A DNA stretch of 64,000 bases, taken from positions 2,176,001 through 2,240,000 of the forward strand of contig OY969767.1 of the NCBI GenBank assembly GCA_963702895.1. The letters are read 5' to 3'. This DNA is from an uncultured Elusimicrobia bacterium (lineage in GTDB: Bacteria; Elusimicrobiota; Elusimicrobia; 2-01-FULL-59-12). The first letter of the stretch is position 1; every line of letters begins with the position of its first letter. A program made the position numbers and the translations under genes. The notes below the pieces were generated by a model. That model was not told where the DNA came from, did no database searches, and was given only the letters and a program-made list of their open reading frames with translations. Shown here one piece after another: positions 51,001-60,010 of this stretch.

Positions 51001-52014
51001 AGCCTCCCCCGGATTGTTCGGGTTGGCGGAAGAATGGCCCATTCGATTACTCTCCATCAACACATAAGTCCCGTCGCGTCCGAAATCTTCCGACAACTGC
51101 ATGCCTCGGTGACCGTATTTCCCGTTCGGCATGGGCGGATAGCCGCAGGTGCCGCCAGAAGTGTCCGGTATCCAGCCTTCGTTGTGTAGCACGTTGTTGC
51201 GGAATACGGTGAAGGCGCCGTAATTGTCAAAGAGCGCGTGCCCCGCGTACTCCAGCATATTGTCTTCGATCGTGTTGAAGTTGTTATCACCGGTATAGGG
51301 TGGGTACGACGGATTCGGCGGGTCCCCGATGCGCACCAGATCACGCCCTTCATAGCATTGGGTTGGATCATTCGCGGTGCGGTGGGCCTTGGAAAACGTA
51401 TTGTGGTGGACCCAGTTGTGGGTGCTGTAACAACTCATCACGCTCCCGCCGCTGCACCAGCTGCCGATGAAAAAGCCTTGGACAACATCCTCGCCGGTCT
51501 CGCTCCGGAAAACGCAGCGGGCGACTTCGTTATAGCTGGACGAATGGATGATCATGGCCCAGCGCGCGAGGTTGAGAAACGTGATCCCATCGACCTTGAT
51601 GTATCGATTTTTCGAAAGCACCAGACCCCAGCCGCAGTCAAGGCATCCAGTCCCTTTGATCACCGGCGTTTCACCCGGAGCGGCGGCGAAGGTAATGCGG
51701 GAATTCTTGTCCGCGCCGGAATTCGCCGGTGAAATGCCGGCCTGGCCCGGAGTGGACAATAAATACGTGCCTCCTTTGAGGTAAACCAGATCGCCCGCAA
51801 CCGCCTTGGCATTGGCGGTGGGCAGTGAACAATAGTTGCTTCCCGGATCGCTCTCGCTCTGGCAGCTCGCCCAGGAGGATGTCCCCGTTGGGCTCACCCA
51901 ATAGGTCGCCGCTCTAAGCTCACGGCTGCCCGCAAACAACAGCCCCGCGCATAAAGCGGCGCCGAACACCCAACGGGTGCCTGACCTATGAGATTGAGAT
52001 GTCAATTGGCGCAT
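48040..52014 (-). CDS. G1: two-module secreted beta-helix protein with CTD (first gene of the array)
   Basis: 1324 aa; conventional signal peptide; paralog of G10. Confidence 0.9.
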   Translation of the reverse strand: MRQLTSQSHRSGTRWVFGAALCAGLLFAGSRELRAATYWVSPTGTSSWASCQSESDPGSNYCSLPTANAKAVAGDLVYLKGGTYLLSTPGQAGISPANSGADKNSRITFAAAPGETPVIKGTGCLDCGWGLVLSKNRYIKVDGITFLNLARWAMIIHSSSYNEVARCVFRSETGEDVVQGFFIGSWCSGGSVMSCYSTHNWVHHNTFSKAHRTANDPTQCYEGRDLVRIGDPPNPSYPPYTGDNNFNTIEDNMLEYAGHALFDNYGAFTVFRNNVLHNEGWIPDTSGGTCGYPPMPNGKYGHRGMQLSEDFGRDGTYVLMESNRMGHSSANPNNPGEAVLSLAAPKNIVRFNSIYNGQQAGLYFKYASYGKIGAGGTGSTNNRVYNNTFFHNGWTYPYMQKTQPGCSTCPGKLAGITLYSATLENVLKNNLVYDNFSYYLSLPDLYPGTLYTGLDITVDTGLNPADYPGIATIENNWTTVKGNPKFLNPSLDDPTSKTLPDLRLQSDSPAIDQGAPLTTTVGSGSNSITVKVNDALYFQDGSWGSDLARNVNFFADWIAVGSAGNRAPIASINYAANTITLKSPLSWAANAPVWLYKDSSGREVLNGTAPDMGAHEFVRPPISAASCSQADVQAAVNLAERGDTIIVPAGSCTWSNETSYGGYNRLLSLTQGIKLQGGIGGPTTITLNGPSDHGQIAYIPDATAQTHNEAFEITGFTLDGQSLSKHQGLLYVGNGSTSKVMSNIKIHHNTFQNSLHTGVVVSGPVYGVAYLNHFINVGYVIRTFGRDAVSWALVPREYGTGTNFFIEDNTIRFTQAIEGGLTDHGQGAPGYVYRYNTTDLANATGLSGLWVNHGLQSMSVSPGYSCCGYSNCSPSVAGSCNPNQDSCEQWSTIKSEYYGNKIVNSPDFSTWMAHRGSWQLMFYNSSDSSYAKPYYAQYSCDSCQSPASPAYSQHVQNSYVWANYGGGILRPMTKGLDFCADAAVGSPYTITENVDYWNHQAGFNGTVGMGCGTLAARPATCTPGVAYWATDQACTDLTGRVGTNPASPISGTLYQCTAPNTWSTSYTPYPYPHPLRTGLPPPPPPPPPPPPGGLATPTLNLPAYLPVNAEIRAGYGGSVAPAYFSWTFTQVGRTGEPVSRPTSEAPHDRRPPDVWRVRRLSGSYETSGVDVGRRTSDVGRAFGAPSASFTTASTVASLAAQNLDLGTYLVTVTAHDASGSASSPASAQVTLVSANLDQVRVYPNPWRSDRHAARSVTFDSLTIDTEIKIFTVSGHHVKTLPSSSSSVTWDLTNESGDRVASGIYVYHLKAEGGAKKTGKVVVIK

Positions 52015-52449
52015 TATTATTAAGTATGTCTCTCCTCTGTTAAGACCATATTACGAACCTGTAAGGCTACTCTGGCAACTCCGTTTCTATACCGACATTG
52101 AATGAAAGTAAAGAATAATTAAGAAATTAAACGTCTCTAAATATATGCTTGATATATAGAGGCGATTTAGTGTCCTTTTTTGCATGATTTGGACAATTGG
52201 AAGCTCATCATTTTGATCCTTTGGGCCTATCATTCCCAGGATCTCCGAAAAGACGACATGACCTATCAAGGGGCGCTTACATCTCTGTAAATACAAATCG
52301 AAACGAATTCTAGATAGTTATTCTAATTGGCCTAAAATTAATAACAGGCTGTTTACCAAGATTAACAATCCTGTTACTTAGTTACAGTTCAAATGAATTT
52401 TGCATGGCTGACTTCAGACTGTAACTTTCGCTCGTTACCCTCAAGTAGC
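52015..52449. promoter_or_regulatory. AT-rich divergent intergenic region, likely containing promoters for the array and the protease gene
   Basis: Visibly AT-rich compared with its flanks; lies between divergent start codons; individual boxes not assigned. Confidence 0.5.
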
Positions 52450-55400
52450 ATGCGCTTCTTACTAAGGACGAAAGAATCGCTCCTGTGCCTTGTGCTGCTT
52501 TTGGGAGGCGTCCCCCTTTTGGCTTCGGGCCCAACCGATGCCAAGGGGCTCAAGCGGCCCGATTGGAGCCGCCGCCCCCGTACGGTCCTCTACGAACCGA
52601 GCCCGAACGCGACACCCGCTCAAAGACAAGCGCTTCGAAATGTTTTGAAACGTCACGGGCTGGCTCGAAAACGGTCATTCGCCGGCGGCAAAATGGAGCA
52701 TGCCGAAGCCCCGGTGACGATCACCCAACCCGAGGAATCAATCGCCCGCGAACTGGAAGCCACGGGGGCGGTCCTTTTTGCCGAACCCGATTATGCCCTG
52801 AGCCCCCAACAAATCCCCAATGACCCTCTCTACACGCAGCAATGGCACCATGGAGCCATCCGCTCGCCTGAAGCGTGGGACATCACGCGCGGCGCCGACA
52901 CCGTGCTTGTGGCGCTCTGCGATACGGGAGTGGATGCCCATCACCCGGATTTAGTTGAAAACCTGCAGCTGCCAGGCTTGAACAGCGCCGATCTCTCCAG
53001 CAATACCGACGACGCGGTGGGTCACGGGACCGCGGTCGCGGGCCTCTTGGGCGCTCAAGGAAACAATCTACAAGGTGTCGCTGGCGTGGCCTGGAACGTG
53101 AAGATCGTTCCGGTGCGTGTCACCAATGACACGGTCTCCGGCAGCGCCTATCTCTCGGACATCGCCGAAGGCATCCGCTGGGCAGCGGGCCAGGGTGCAA
53201 GGGTCATCAATTTAAGCTACGGCGCCGGCGGAAGCGCCACGATCGCCTCCGCGGCAGGTGAGGCGCGCCACCAGGGAGCTCTGACTTTTGTCGCGGCCGG
53301 CAATGACGGCCTCGAGATGGACATCCCGAATTACCCTTCGCTGATCCTTGTGGGCGCGACGGACCCTGCGGACAGCCGCGCGTCATGGTCCAATTACGGG
53401 AACGCGGTGGATCTGGTGGCGCCCGGGCTGAATTTAGAAACCACGCTGCGGCGCCGGCTCTACGGCCCCGTGAGCGGGACCTCCGGCGCTGCTCCGATCG
53501 CGGCCGGCGCCGCAGCCTTGATCTTATCTGCCAACCCCTCGCTCGACCCAGATCAGGTGGAAGAAGCGCTCGGGTCGACCGCCAAGGATCTCGGGGCGCC
53601 CGGCACGGACACCGTTTATGGTCAGGGACTGGTCGATGTCGGCGCTGCCGTCGCGCTGGCCAAGACCCTATCGGGCGGGATCGGAGGCTCCGGCGCTGGG
53701 GGTGGAGCGTCCGGACCGGGCTCCGGAGGCGGAGGAACGGGGTCCAATGCTGCCATCGAAGGAACGCTCGAGGTCTTGGTGGAGGAAGATTTTGTCCAAT
53801 ACGTTCGATATCGATATTTCTTGAAGACGCGATCGGAGCGTCTCGAGATACAATTTTCTCCAGGGAGTGACCTCTCCCATCTGAAGACGGGCATGAGCGT
53901 TCGATTGCGCGGTGCCGAGCGTTCGGGCAGCATGCTTTCGGTTCCCCCTATCAGTCCCTCGAACTTGGAGGTGATTTCGGCCCCCGCCATGCTCACGACC
54001 GGCGAACACAAAGTGGCGGTGCTCCTCGTCAACTTCCAAAATGACACGCGTCAGCCCTGGACGCCGACCCAAGCCTATAACACCGTGATTGTCTCCGGAG
54101 GCAATTACTACAAGAGCGCTTCTTACGATCTCACGTGGTTGACGGGGAACGTCTTTGGCTATTACACCTTGCCCATCAATGTTCCTTCCACATGCGATCC
54201 CGACCAAATTCAAAACCTTGCCGACGCTGCCGCCGCAGCGGCGGGCGTCAATCTTTCGGGATATACGCATGTGATGTATGCCTTCCCGCGAGTGAGCGCC
54301 TGCAGCTGGGCGGGTCTTGCCAGCATCGGAGGCCCCGCGTCCTGGATCAACGGGTATCTGGACACGCGGGTCGTCCCCCATGAATTAGGCCACAATTACG
54401 GGATGCGCCATTCCCACTCCACCGACTGCGGCTCTGTCCCTTACACGCCCGGTCGCAGCGGCTGCGCGCAGGATGAATACGGGGACCTCTATGCCACCAT
54501 GGGGAGCGGGTATCCTTTTGGCCACCATTTTAACGCTCCTCATAAGGAACTGATGAAATGGACCACCATCCAAAATGTCACCGCAAGCGGCGTTTACACC
54601 TTAACACCGATCAATTCGGCCGCCTCCGGCACGAAGGGCATCAAAGTGACGGCGACGGGTGCGACGTCAGAGACCTACTACTTGGAGTACAACACGCAAT
54701 TTACGAACGCCCAATATGTTCCCGGCGCGGTACTCCGTTTAGGGAAGACCGAAACGTGGCTCTTGGACATGACCCCCGGCAGCTTATCGTCGGATTTCTA
54801 CGACCCGGTCCTGCCTGTCGGCCGGTTCTACACCGAGCCGGTCCAAGGAATCACCTTTACCCCGATCCGTGCCGATGCTTCCGCGCTGCAGATTCAAATC
54901 AACTTCGAAGGGACGCCCAATACGCCCCCGACGATCAGCGTGGCGCCAGCCGCCACGCCCAATCCCGTGACCAGCACCACGACCCTTTTGTCCGTTCTGG
55001 GGGCCGATGACGGCGGGGAAGCGGGTCTCCTCTACAGCTGGTCGACGACCGGCACGCCGCCGGCCGCAGTCACCTTCACCGCCAATGGCTCGAACGCCGC
55101 CAAGAACACGACCGCGCGCTTCACGAAGGCCGGCAGCTACAGTTTCCTCGTCACGATCCGCGATCCGGGCGGCCTCACCGTCACAAGTCCTGTGAATGTC
55201 ACGGTGAACCAGACGCTCACCATCGTGACGGTGAGCCCGGCCGACGTCAGCGTACAGGTCGGCCGCACACAAACCTTTAGCGCAAGCGGCTTGGATCAAT
55301 TTGGGCAGCTCTTGTCCAGTCCCCCCACCTTTGTCTGGGCGGTTTCGGGGGGCGGGACTATTTCAACCACGGGGCTTTTCACCGCGGGCGCGGTCGCGGG

Positions 55401-56109
55401 GGGTCCTTTCACCGTGACGGCCTCCGCGGGCGGAATATCCGGCAGCGCGACGGTGCGTGTTGAAGAGATCGCGCCGCCGCCGCCTCCTCCGCCTCCCCCT
55501 CCTCCTCCGGAAGTGCTGCCGGCCCCGGTTCTGCGTCTACCCGAATACATGACCGTAGACGGCACCTTGAGCGTAGAATACGACCCGGCGCTTGCCAGCA
55601 TCAGCTTTATCTGGGAGATCGAGTGGCTGAGCGGCAGCTTAGGAGGAGCGGCCCCACGGCCTGGGGCAAGTTCTGCTCTGGGGAGAGCCTTGCGTGCCGG
55701 TTTTCGCACGACGAGCCCCGTCGCGAGCCTGGCGAGCTACCACTTGGATCCGGGCTACTATCAGATCACGGTGCAGGCCACCGATGGCGGGAGTCGGGTC
55801 TCTACGCCGGCTCAAGGCTATGTCACCTTGGTCGCGTCCAATTTGGACCATGTGCGCGCGTTTCCGAACCCCTGGCGGAGCGATCGCCATACGGGCGGCG
55901 TGACGCTCGATGGGCTCACCCTTCAGTCGACCGTCAAGATCTTTTCCGTATCGGGCCATGCGGTCAAAGAGTTGACCGTGACGGGAAGCGCTGCCTCCTG
56001 GGATCTCACCAATGACCAGGGCGAGAAAGTGGCCTCCGGCCTGTACCTCTACCTCATCCAAGATCCTCAAGGCGCGAAGAAAACGGGCCAACTCGTGATC
56101 ATCCGCTAA
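52450..56109 (+). CDS. Secreted S8 subtilase fused to an M11-like zinc metallopeptidase, Ig-like domains and CTD
   Basis: CDTG / GHGT / GTSGAAP triad motifs; HELGHNYGMRH; C-terminus VRAFPNPWRSDRH...KKTGQLVIIR; start ATG 52450 or 52393. Confidence 0.92.
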   Translation: MRFLLRTKESLLCLVLLLGGVPLLASGPTDAKGLKRPDWSRRPRTVLYEPSPNATPAQRQALRNVLKRHGLARKRSFAGGKMEHAEAPVTITQPEESIARELEATGAVLFAEPDYALSPQQIPNDPLYTQQWHHGAIRSPEAWDITRGADTVLVALCDTGVDAHHPDLVENLQLPGLNSADLSSNTDDAVGHGTAVAGLLGAQGNNLQGVAGVAWNVKIVPVRVTNDTVSGSAYLSDIAEGIRWAAGQGARVINLSYGAGGSATIASAAGEARHQGALTFVAAGNDGLEMDIPNYPSLILVGATDPADSRASWSNYGNAVDLVAPGLNLETTLRRRLYGPVSGTSGAAPIAAGAAALILSANPSLDPDQVEEALGSTAKDLGAPGTDTVYGQGLVDVGAAVALAKTLSGGIGGSGAGGGASGPGSGGGGTGSNAAIEGTLEVLVEEDFVQYVRYRYFLKTRSERLEIQFSPGSDLSHLKTGMSVRLRGAERSGSMLSVPPISPSNLEVISAPAMLTTGEHKVAVLLVNFQNDTRQPWTPTQAYNTVIVSGGNYYKSASYDLTWLTGNVFGYYTLPINVPSTCDPDQIQNLADAAAAAAGVNLSGYTHVMYAFPRVSACSWAGLASIGGPASWINGYLDTRVVPHELGHNYGMRHSHSTDCGSVPYTPGRSGCAQDEYGDLYATMGSGYPFGHHFNAPHKELMKWTTIQNVTASGVYTLTPINSAASGTKGIKVTATGATSETYYLEYNTQFTNAQYVPGAVLRLGKTETWLLDMTPGSLSSDFYDPVLPVGRFYTEPVQGITFTPIRADASALQIQINFEGTPNTPPTISVAPAATPNPVTSTTTLLSVLGADDGGEAGLLYSWSTTGTPPAAVTFTANGSNAAKNTTARFTKAGSYSFLVTIRDPGGLTVTSPVNVTVNQTLTIVTVSPADVSVQVGRTQTFSASGLDQFGQLLSSPPTFVWAVSGGGTISTTGLFTAGAVAGGPFTVTASAGGISGSATVRVEEIAPPPPPPPPPPPPEVLPAPVLRLPEYMTVDGTLSVEYDPALASISFIWEIEWLSGSLGGAAPRPGASSALGRALRAGFRTTSPVASLASYHLDPGYYQITVQATDGGSRVSTPAQGYVTLVASNLDHVRAFPNPWRSDRHTGGVTLDGLTLQSTVKIFSVSGHAVKELTVTGSAASWDLTNDQGEKVASGLYLYLIQDPQGAKKTGQLVIIR

Positions 56110-56134
56110 CCGGGAATCTTTTCTGAAAGCGGGC

Positions 56135-56334
56135 GCAAGTAAATTCTTTAATGACAAAAGGTCTCTCCTTGCCTTTGAAGTAGGCCGTGGTGCGACTAGC
56201 TATTTGAGCGTTTTTCTTACCGTCGCCTCGTCTTGATGCTTAAGCTGTACTCACACTTTTCTTCGTCCACGACGTCTGGACACTGTAATGGTTCGAGGCC
56301 GGGTCCCTTACGCTGCAGTTAAACGCGGCTTCCG
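56135..56334 (-). ncRNA. Candidate bridge/seek RNA region of the IS1111-like element
   Basis: Noncoding segment between the stop codon and the IR; contains a match to the insertion-site flank (see findings). Confidence 0.5.
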
Positions 56335-57378
56335 TTAAGATTTCGCCAAGGCGACTCGACCAAATCGATACATCTTTTCCTTATACTTCCTCTTGTTCTT
56401 CAGGCATACCCACATGATCTCTGCCATCTTTCTGGCCACTGCCACAATAGCGACCGATGACAGCTTTCGAATTCTTCGTTGCTGATAAAAGGCTTTAAAG
56501 TACGGTGATACAGATACAGCCGTCCAACAGGCCTCGATTAATGCGTAGCGTAAATAGCGGTTACAAGACGGGATCAATCCTCCGTGATACGTCTTACCCC
56601 CTGAACTGTAGGTACTACACACCACGCCACAGTACGATGCAAACCGCGCAGCCGTCGGAAACCGTTCAATGGTGTCAATTTCCAAGGCCATCAGAGCACT
56701 TAAGATCTTGCCGACCCCAGGAAATGAATCGACAAGCTCGCGCAAAGGGTGATCCCTTAAAACCCGATCAATCCATTCTTCTGTCGCTCGAATTTGGACG
56801 CGAATCTCATCGAGCAATGCCATGTGGGATCTCAATAAATGCTGGTGCATCTCCGGAAGCTCCAAAGCCTTCAGCCACGCCCGGCCATGCGCTCCAAACA
56901 AGTCGCTTCGTTCGGGAACGTCAACATGAAGTCGGTCGAGTAAATCATGAACTCGATTCTTGATCACCGTTTGTCCCTTCACTAGCCATAGTCGGTGCCG
57001 CAATAGCGCTTTCTGTTCCCGCCGATCTCGACTCGGCACGTGGATTGTTGGGGTCACCCCCAAACGTAGCAGCAGGGCATGTGCCGTTGCATCGATTTTG
57101 TCTGTTTTGATAAACGAGTCGGCGATCAATCGTGATCTATAAGGATTGGCCAACACCGGATTCATCCCGAGATCTTCCAGAATGTCATAGGCAATGCCCC
57201 AGCTCCGTCCAGATTCCAATACACTTTGCACCGGTTCTCCTGGAGGAATCGCCTCTTTAACTTGTGCAAGACCTTCTCGCCGTGTGGGGACTTGACCTTC
57301 CCATACAATCTCGCCAGACTCCCTCATAGCCACAACCTGACAATACTTCTTGTGATGATCAATGCCGATGGATATCAT
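56335..57378 (-). CDS. IS110 family recombinase/transposase
   Basis: IGIDHHKK, VLES, KTDKIDA (DEDD domain); FPGVG...FASYCG...YSSGGK. Confidence 0.95.
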   Translation of the reverse strand: MISIGIDHHKKYCQVVAMRESGEIVWEGQVPTRREGLAQVKEAIPPGEPVQSVLESGRSWGIAYDILEDLGMNPVLANPYRSRLIADSFIKTDKIDATAHALLLRLGVTPTIHVPSRDRREQKALLRHRLWLVKGQTVIKNRVHDLLDRLHVDVPERSDLFGAHGRAWLKALELPEMHQHLLRSHMALLDEIRVQIRATEEWIDRVLRDHPLRELVDSFPGVGKILSALMALEIDTIERFPTAARFASYCGVVCSTYSSGGKTYHGGLIPSCNRYLRYALIEACWTAVSVSPYFKAFYQQRRIRKLSSVAIVAVARKMAEIMWVCLKNKRKYKEKMYRFGRVALAKS

Positions 57379-57472
57379 GATTTTGGGCCTCCTGGGGTTA
57401 TTAAGGTGTCTTTACCGACAGCCTTGTTTATAACTCTCTTGAGGCCCGCTTTCATATTACGCTGCAGTTGTC

Positions 57473-57498
57473 GTCATCCCGGTGAAAACCGGGATCCA
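57473..57498. repeat. REP-like palindrome
   Basis: gtcatcccggtgaaaaccgggatcca. Confidence 0.75.
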
Positions 57499-57558
57499 GT
57501 CCATCGGATTCCAAGGTGTTACACTTGACACAGGCCCCCGCAGCCGCCAGACTTGAGC

Positions 57559-58158
57559 ATGTCCGAAAGATCACTCAAGTCCCTGTTCGCCGTCGCGCTC
57601 TTGATTCTGGTGGCGCTTTATTGGCACAGCCATCGCCCCTCTCCTGCCCGCTCCGGGCCGCTCGTCCGGGAGGTGCCGGAAATCGGCTCACCTGCCGCGC
57701 CGCCCTTTCCCTACAAGAAGCACACGATCACGCCCATCGCGTCGATCAAGTTCCGCGCGCGGGTTCTGTCCACCGAGCGCTATTACGCCGACCGTGGCGC
57801 GAAGCTCTCCCCGATGGACCTGGCCATCGGCTGGCGCGGGATGTCCGACTCGGCCTATCTCAAAGACCTCAAAATCTCGCAGTTCATGCGCTGGTACTAT
57901 TTCCGCTACAAAGAAGCGCCGCTCTCGGATGACACCATCTACCAGCAGAGCAAGAATGTCCACCTAATCCCTGCCCAGCGCCAGACGTGGAAGCGCCTGC
58001 AGTCTGTTCGTACGGGACATGTGGTCCGCGCGCGGGGCTCGCTCGTCAATATCACGGGGCCCAACGGCTTCACCTGGAACAGCCATCCCACCCTTGGCGG
58101 CTCCGGCCAGGGATCGTGCTGGCTGATGTGGGTGGAGGACGTTCAGATCGAGAATTAA
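57559..58158 (+). CDS. Hypothetical exported or membrane-anchored protein
   Basis: N-terminal hydrophobic helix; GC3-rich codon usage; SPMDLAIGW, NVHLIPA, GSC motifs. Confidence 0.8.
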   Translation: MSERSLKSLFAVALLILVALYWHSHRPSPARSGPLVREVPEIGSPAAPPFPYKKHTITPIASIKFRARVLSTERYYADRGAKLSPMDLAIGWRGMSDSAYLKDLKISQFMRWYYFRYKEAPLSDDTIYQQSKNVHLIPAQRQTWKRLQSVRTGHVVRARGSLVNITGPNGFTWNSHPTLGGSGQGSCWLMWVEDVQIEN

Positions 58159-58159
58159 A

Positions 58160-58259
58160 GTATCGGGGTAACGGAGTACCGGGGTATCGGAGTCACAACT
58201 TGTTTCTTGTGCCGTTGCGCCGTTACTCCGTTACTCCGGCACCCCGTTCCTCCGATACG
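58160..58259. repeat. Inverted arms of 8-nt tandem repeats between convergent genes
   Basis: gtatcggg gtaacgga gtaccggg gtatcgga ... ccgttact ccgttact ccggcacc ccgttcct ccgatac. Confidence 0.85.
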
Positions 58260-58262
58260 GAC

Positions 58263-59528
58263 TTATTGAATCTGCAGGCTGCGCATGATCTTCTCGCAGT
58301 CGACGACGTACTGCAGGTAGAGCTCGCCCGGCATCTGGCACATGAGGGCGTATCCGGCGCGCTCACGCACGAGAAGCAAGGTCCGGAACCGCATGTAGTC
58401 CCCGCCATATTGCCACAGAAGCCCGTGGCCGGCCGGATAATCCACATCACGGACGTTGGCTTCCTGGACGCCCCACTGGCGGGCGACTTGCTTGGCGAAA
58501 TCTTGGACGCCCATTTCCTCCGGCAGCCGGAAGCGCTGCAGGATTCCCCTCACTTCGGCTTCGGGCCCATTAAAAGACACCAGGGTCTGCAGTCGCCGGT
58601 TGTCGAGCTTCCACCCTTGGGGCACCTTGACCGAGAGGCCAAATGACTTGTTCTCGTAGGTGTTCCCGGTGATGATGCCGCGCTCCGGGGAATCGCCGCG
58701 GGGGAGCTTGGCCACCATGGCCTGGTATTTGTCGCGGTTGTAGCCAAGCGGCAGCCCGGATTGATTGATCGCTCCAATCCACCGGTGGGATTTCGCGCGG
58801 CGGTCCGTTGTGTCCGGGTGAGTTTTCCAATAGGGGCTGATGCGCTGGGCGGCTTGTTCCTCCTTTTCGATCTTGTCCAGGCGCTCAAAAAAGGTGTAAG
58901 AGGCTTCCGGGTCGTAGCCGGCCCGGGCGGCGTACACCACGCCGTAGCGGTCCGCCTCGATCTCGTTCTTTCGGCCATAGCCGAGGAGGTAGAGGTTTTC
59001 GTAGACGCTCGCCGCCTGGGCCAGGGCGAGTGCAGCTTCGCCGGCGCCGGCCACCATCCCTCCCACAACGCCCAGCGCGGTGAGCGTCCCCAGGAGCCCC
59101 GCGGTTTGGAGCATCTCAATGCCGTGCCAGGCGGCGATATGCGTGATTTCGTGGCCCAGCACGATCGCGAGTTCCGCCTCGTCGGCAATTTCCATCAGCA
59201 GGCCCCGCGTGACAAACACGAAGCCGCCGGGCACGGCGAAGGCGTTCAGGATATCGGTATCGAGGATTGTGAAATCATAGGGGAGGTCCGGCCGGTCGGA
59301 GGCTTTGGCCACGCGCTGGCCGATCTGGTCGAGATAAATCTGCCACTCGAGGTCTTTGTAGCTGCCATACTCCTTGACGATCTGCTCTTTGGTCTTGCGG
59401 CCGATTTCAAGTTCTGTCTTTTGGGAGATGAACTTCACCTGGCGCTGCTTCGTCACATAATTTTTGGCGCAGGCGGACAGGCCGCAGCAAAGGACAACCA
59501 GCAGCAACAGCTTGGGGGCGTTCCTCAC
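58263..59528 (-). CDS. M48 family metallopeptidase lipoprotein
   Basis: Lipobox LSAC; NAFAVPGG, LGHEITH, EIEAD, THP; start placed at GTG 59528. Confidence 0.9.
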   Translation of the reverse strand: MRNAPKLLLLVVLCCGLSACAKNYVTKQRQVKFISQKTELEIGRKTKEQIVKEYGSYKDLEWQIYLDQIGQRVAKASDRPDLPYDFTILDTDILNAFAVPGGFVFVTRGLLMEIADEAELAIVLGHEITHIAAWHGIEMLQTAGLLGTLTALGVVGGMVAGAGEAALALAQAASVYENLYLLGYGRKNEIEADRYGVVYAARAGYDPEASYTFFERLDKIEKEEQAAQRISPYWKTHPDTTDRRAKSHRWIGAINQSGLPLGYNRDKYQAMVAKLPRGDSPERGIITGNTYENKSFGLSVKVPQGWKLDNRRLQTLVSFNGPEAEVRGILQRFRLPEEMGVQDFAKQVARQWGVQEANVRDVDYPAGHGLLWQYGGDYMRFRTLLLVRERAGYALMCQMPGELYLQYVVDCEKIMRSLQIQ

Positions 59529-59560
59529 AAATTCAGTCCTCACACACTCACAAACTCGGG

Positions 59561-59643
59561 TGTCATCCCCCCCGGCTGTAAGGGGGGGATCCATCATGTT
59601 GTCTAAGGGCACCTGTGGATCCCGGCTTTCGCCGGGATGACAG
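59561..59643. repeat. REP-like pair (GTCATCCC...GGATCCA / TGGATCCC...GGGATGAC)
   Basis: Two inverted palindromic units with a short spacer. Confidence 0.8.
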
Positions 59644-59685
59644 CTCAAAGAGTCTATAAGTTTGTGAGCGTCCCTTGTGTGTAGG

Positions 59686-59946
59686 TTAATCTTCGAGGGA
59701 GATTTCGATGCCACCCAGGCGGGACGCGACGAGGTTGTAGATATAGGCCATAAGCGCATTCACGAGGGCTCCGACCACACCATACAAAATTGGGGCGAGG
59801 ACGAGCGTCACCACACCTTCTAGGAATTTCTTATCGAGGACCGACGCGATCATAAGGACAAAGCCGACCAAAAGACCGGCAACAGCCCCCAGCACGAGCG
59901 ACATTTTGAACACCGACATCACGCCAATTGAGCTTAACGATTTCAT
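59686..59946 (-). CDS. Small two-TM membrane protein (DUF3566-like)
   Basis: GGAGGA RBS; SIGVMSVFK...YIYNLVASRLGGIEI. Confidence 0.8.
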   Translation of the reverse strand: MKSLSSIGVMSVFKMSLVLGAVAGLLVGFVLMIASVLDKKFLEGVVTLVLAPILYGVVGALVNALMAYIYNLVASRLGGIEISLED

Positions 59947-60010
59947 GAGTTCCTCCTTCGCGTTTCGCAAGATTTTGGATAGTTTACACATTTTGTGCCG
60001 CAACTGCCAG

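Larger units (their letters stand above)
56119..57458 (-). mobile_element. IS110-family (IS1111-like) insertion sequence
   Basis: 11-bp subterminal IR TGAAAGCGGGC (56124-56134) / GCCCGCTTTCA (57444-57454); about 200 nt of noncoding DNA 3' of the recombinase; AT-richer than flanks; exact ends approximate. Confidence 0.8.

Noticed and set aside
9276..52014. Array as an integron or prophage
   Set aside because: No tyrosine recombinase, no convincing attC boxes and no phage structural genes; genes overlap rather than being separated by attC sites.
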